A stretch of DNA of 61,757 nt, the filler included. It is 4 parts of 4 records of this genome, joined end to end, with 100 filler letters (N's around TTAATTAATTAA, not from the genome) between each part and the next. Parts side by side here need not be neighbours in the genome. Positions count along the whole stretch, not along the records: positions 54,491 to 61,757 come from SRR20825006_631; 3 more parts are not named here. One strand, written 5' to 3'. This document shows positions 59,636 to 61,757 of the stretch, in pieces. Position numbers and translations under genes: made by a program. Below the pieces are notes generated by a model. That model made no database searches, was not told the origin of the DNA, and saw only the letters and a list, made by a program, of their open reading frames with translations. How positions within the stretch are numbered: the first letter of the stretch is position 1; each line of letters begins with the position of its first letter.

Positions 59636-60802
59636 ATGACCAAGCTCGCGGAGCGCCTTAATCATCTTGGAACGGAAACCGCGTTCTCCGTTCTGGCGCG
59701 GGCCAATGCGCTTGCCGCCGAAGGCAAGAGCATCATCAATCTCGGCATCGGCCAGCCGGACTTCCGCACGCCGGACAATATCGTCGAGGCAGCGGTCAAG
59801 GCTCTGCATGACGGCCATCACGGCTATACCCCCGCGAACGGCATTCCCGCGCTCCGTGAAGCGGTCGCGGCGAACCTTGAAAAACGGCATGGCGTCGCCA
59901 TCGATCCAGGCAGGGTTCTGGTTGTTCCGGGCGGCAAGGTCACAATGTTCCTCGCCATGATGATCTTCGGCGAGCCCGGCGCGGAAATCATGTTCCCGGA
60001 TCCCGGCTTTCCAATCTACCAGTCCGCCATCGAATTTTCCGGCGCGAAAGCTGTCTCCATCCAGCTGCGCGAAGAAAACGGTTTTGCCTTTTCGGCCGAG
60101 GAAGTGCTGGCAGGCATTACCGAGCGGACCCGGCTGATCATTGTCAACAGCCCGGCCAACCCGACCGGCGGCGTTGTGCCCCGGGCCGAATTCGACAAAC
60201 TGGTGGCCGGCCTGCAAGCCTGGCCCGATGTCGCCATCATGAGCGACGAGATCTATAGCGAAATGCTTTATGACGGCCGCGAGCATGTCAGCCTGCTGCA
60301 ATATCCCGAAATCGCGGATCGCCTGATCCTGCTCGACGGCTGGTCCAAGACCTATGCCATGACCGGCTGGCGCCTTGGCTACAGTGTCTGGCCGAAAGAC
60401 GTCTTTCCGCATGCCGAGAAGCTCTGCGTGAACATTCACTCCTGCGTCAATGCGGCGGCACAGTTCGCCGGCCTAGAAGCTCTGACAGGCCCGCAGGATG
60501 CCGTTTCGGAAATGCTCACGGCCTTCAACGCGCGCCGCAAGGTTATCGTCAAGGAACTGAACGACGTTCCCGGCTTCCGCTGCATTGAGCCAGGCGGTGC
60601 ATTCTATACCTTCCCGAATATCGAGGGCACCGGCATGAAGGCTCAGGCATTGCAGGAGAAACTCCTGGAGGAAGCCGGTGTCGCGGTCATCGCCGGCACC
60701 AGCTTCGGTGGTTTCGGTGAAGGATACCTGCGCTTTTCCTACGCCAACTCGACGGAAAACATCGTCGAGGCCATCGCCCGCATACGGAAATGCCTCGCAT
60801 AG
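59636..60802 (+). CDS. Class I PLP aminotransferase (aspartate aminotransferase family)
   Basis: NLGIGQPDF, NSPANPTG, SDEIY, SKTYAMTGWRLG, RFSYA. Confidence 0.93.
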   Translation: MTKLAERLNHLGTETAFSVLARANALAAEGKSIINLGIGQPDFRTPDNIVEAAVKALHDGHHGYTPANGIPALREAVAANLEKRHGVAIDPGRVLVVPGGKVTMFLAMMIFGEPGAEIMFPDPGFPIYQSAIEFSGAKAVSIQLREENGFAFSAEEVLAGITERTRLIIVNSPANPTGGVVPRAEFDKLVAGLQAWPDVAIMSDEIYSEMLYDGREHVSLLQYPEIADRLILLDGWSKTYAMTGWRLGYSVWPKDVFPHAEKLCVNIHSCVNAAAQFAGLEALTGPQDAVSEMLTAFNARRKVIVKELNDVPGFRCIEPGGAFYTFPNIEGTGMKAQALQEKLLEEAGVAVIAGTSFGGFGEGYLRFSYANSTENIVEAIARIRKCLA

Positions 60803-60821
60803 CCTGATCTCGGCGTGGACG

Positions 60822-60871
60822 TGCCTCTTTTTTGCTGCCTGTTTTTTGATCAGGTGCGCGAAATTGGAGCA
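60822..60871. promoter_or_regulatory. Putative pair of NtrC-binding sites
   Basis: TGCCT-N7-GCTGC (60822-60838) and TGCGC-N7-GAGCA (60855-60871), 33 bp apart, upstream of the sigma54 site. Confidence 0.6.
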
Positions 60872-60946
60872 CGAAAGCGCCGTTTCGGCCTCTCTTCAGA
60901 CACCCTCTTCCTTGCATTTTCAATGCGTTACGATTTTTTGCGCAAC

Positions 60947-60962
60947 TGGCATGCGGCATGCT
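60947..60962 (+). promoter_or_regulatory. Sigma54 (-24/-12) promoter of glnB
   Basis: TGGCATGCGGCATGCT: GG-N10-GC. Confidence 0.75.
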
Positions 60963-60967
60963 CTTAG

Positions 60968-61354
<387 letters not shown>

Positions 61355-61556
61355 TGATTACTGAACCCGTCCCTGCTTCGGAAGGGACGTAAGCCGTCCG
61401 GCATAAAATCCCGGACGAATGAATCGGCGGGGCCGCGCAAATGCACGAACCCTCGTCAAACCAGGGATATTCGCCACAAAGGCTTTCGGACAAACCGCTA
61501 ACGGTTGCTCCGAACGCCCGGAGAGGCAAAGCCCCACCAAGTCAGGAAGGAAGACT

Positions 61557-61757
61557 ATGTCTGATGTGAACACCGTCTTGAGCATGATCAAGGAACATGA
61601 TTGCAAGTTCGTTGATCTCCGTTTCACGGATCCGCGCGGCAAGATGCAGCATGTGACGCAGGCCATCGAGACGATCGACGAAGAAAGCCTCGTTGAAGGC
61701 TTCATGTTCGACGGTTCCTCCATCGCCGGCTGGAAAGCCATCAACGAATCCGACATG
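61557..61757 (+). CDS. glnA: Glutamine synthetase type I (3' truncated, not in ORF track)
   Basis: Manual translation …[16 protein letters not shown]…[18 protein letters not shown]; follows glnB. Confidence 0.96.
   Translation, partial: MSDVNTVLSMIKEHDCKFVDLRFTDPRGKMQHVTQAIETIDEESLVEGFMFDGSSIAGWKAINESDM

Overview
The window is not one continuous locus. It is four contig pieces joined by three 100-nt artificial spacers (N44-TTAATTAATTAA-N44 at 28171-28270, 40803-40902 and 54391-54490). All pieces look alphaproteobacterial, but probably not from one genome. Segment 1 (1-28170, Rhizobiaceae-like) carries: the end of a LivF-type ABC gene, an ATC-hydrolase-family gene and an HpyO-like flavoprotein; a WbbM-like DUF4422(GT111)+GT8 glycosyltransferase split by a -1 frameshift at A_AAA_AAC; a class A PBP with an upstream CtrA box; an M20 peptidase; an unannotated ~150-nt multi-hairpin sRNA (alpha-r7-like) divergent from polA; an SMR transporter; a complete C-P lyase cluster (phnF<>phnGHI-fosX-phnJKL-acetyltransferase-phnCDEE-DUF1045-phnMN) with PHO boxes; DUF1176; and the start of aatA. 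Segment 2 (28271-40802) carries a peptide-type SBP, an AT-rich orphan methyltransferase, an M20 peptidase, a GATase/NAPRTase-like/class II DAHP synthase/gor run, a Tat-exported multicopper oxidase with a Leu axial position, gabD and an Asp/Glu racemase-family gene. Segment 3 (40903-54390) carries an amino-acid ABC permease end with MTH1187 and an AotO/CphZ-like M14 hydrolase, a TRAP-FadR-kduI-kduD-kdgF...uxuA uronate cluster with a shared operator-like motif, lpdA, small membrane genes and the end of sucB. Segment 4 (54491-61757) carries malonyl-CoA decarboxylase, nnr, DUF423, tRNA-His (G-1:C73 type), two aminotransferases and sigma54/NtrC-type glnB-glnA. No CRISPR array, transposase, integrase or phage gene was seen. 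All family assignments come from motif recognition by eye; no database search was run.
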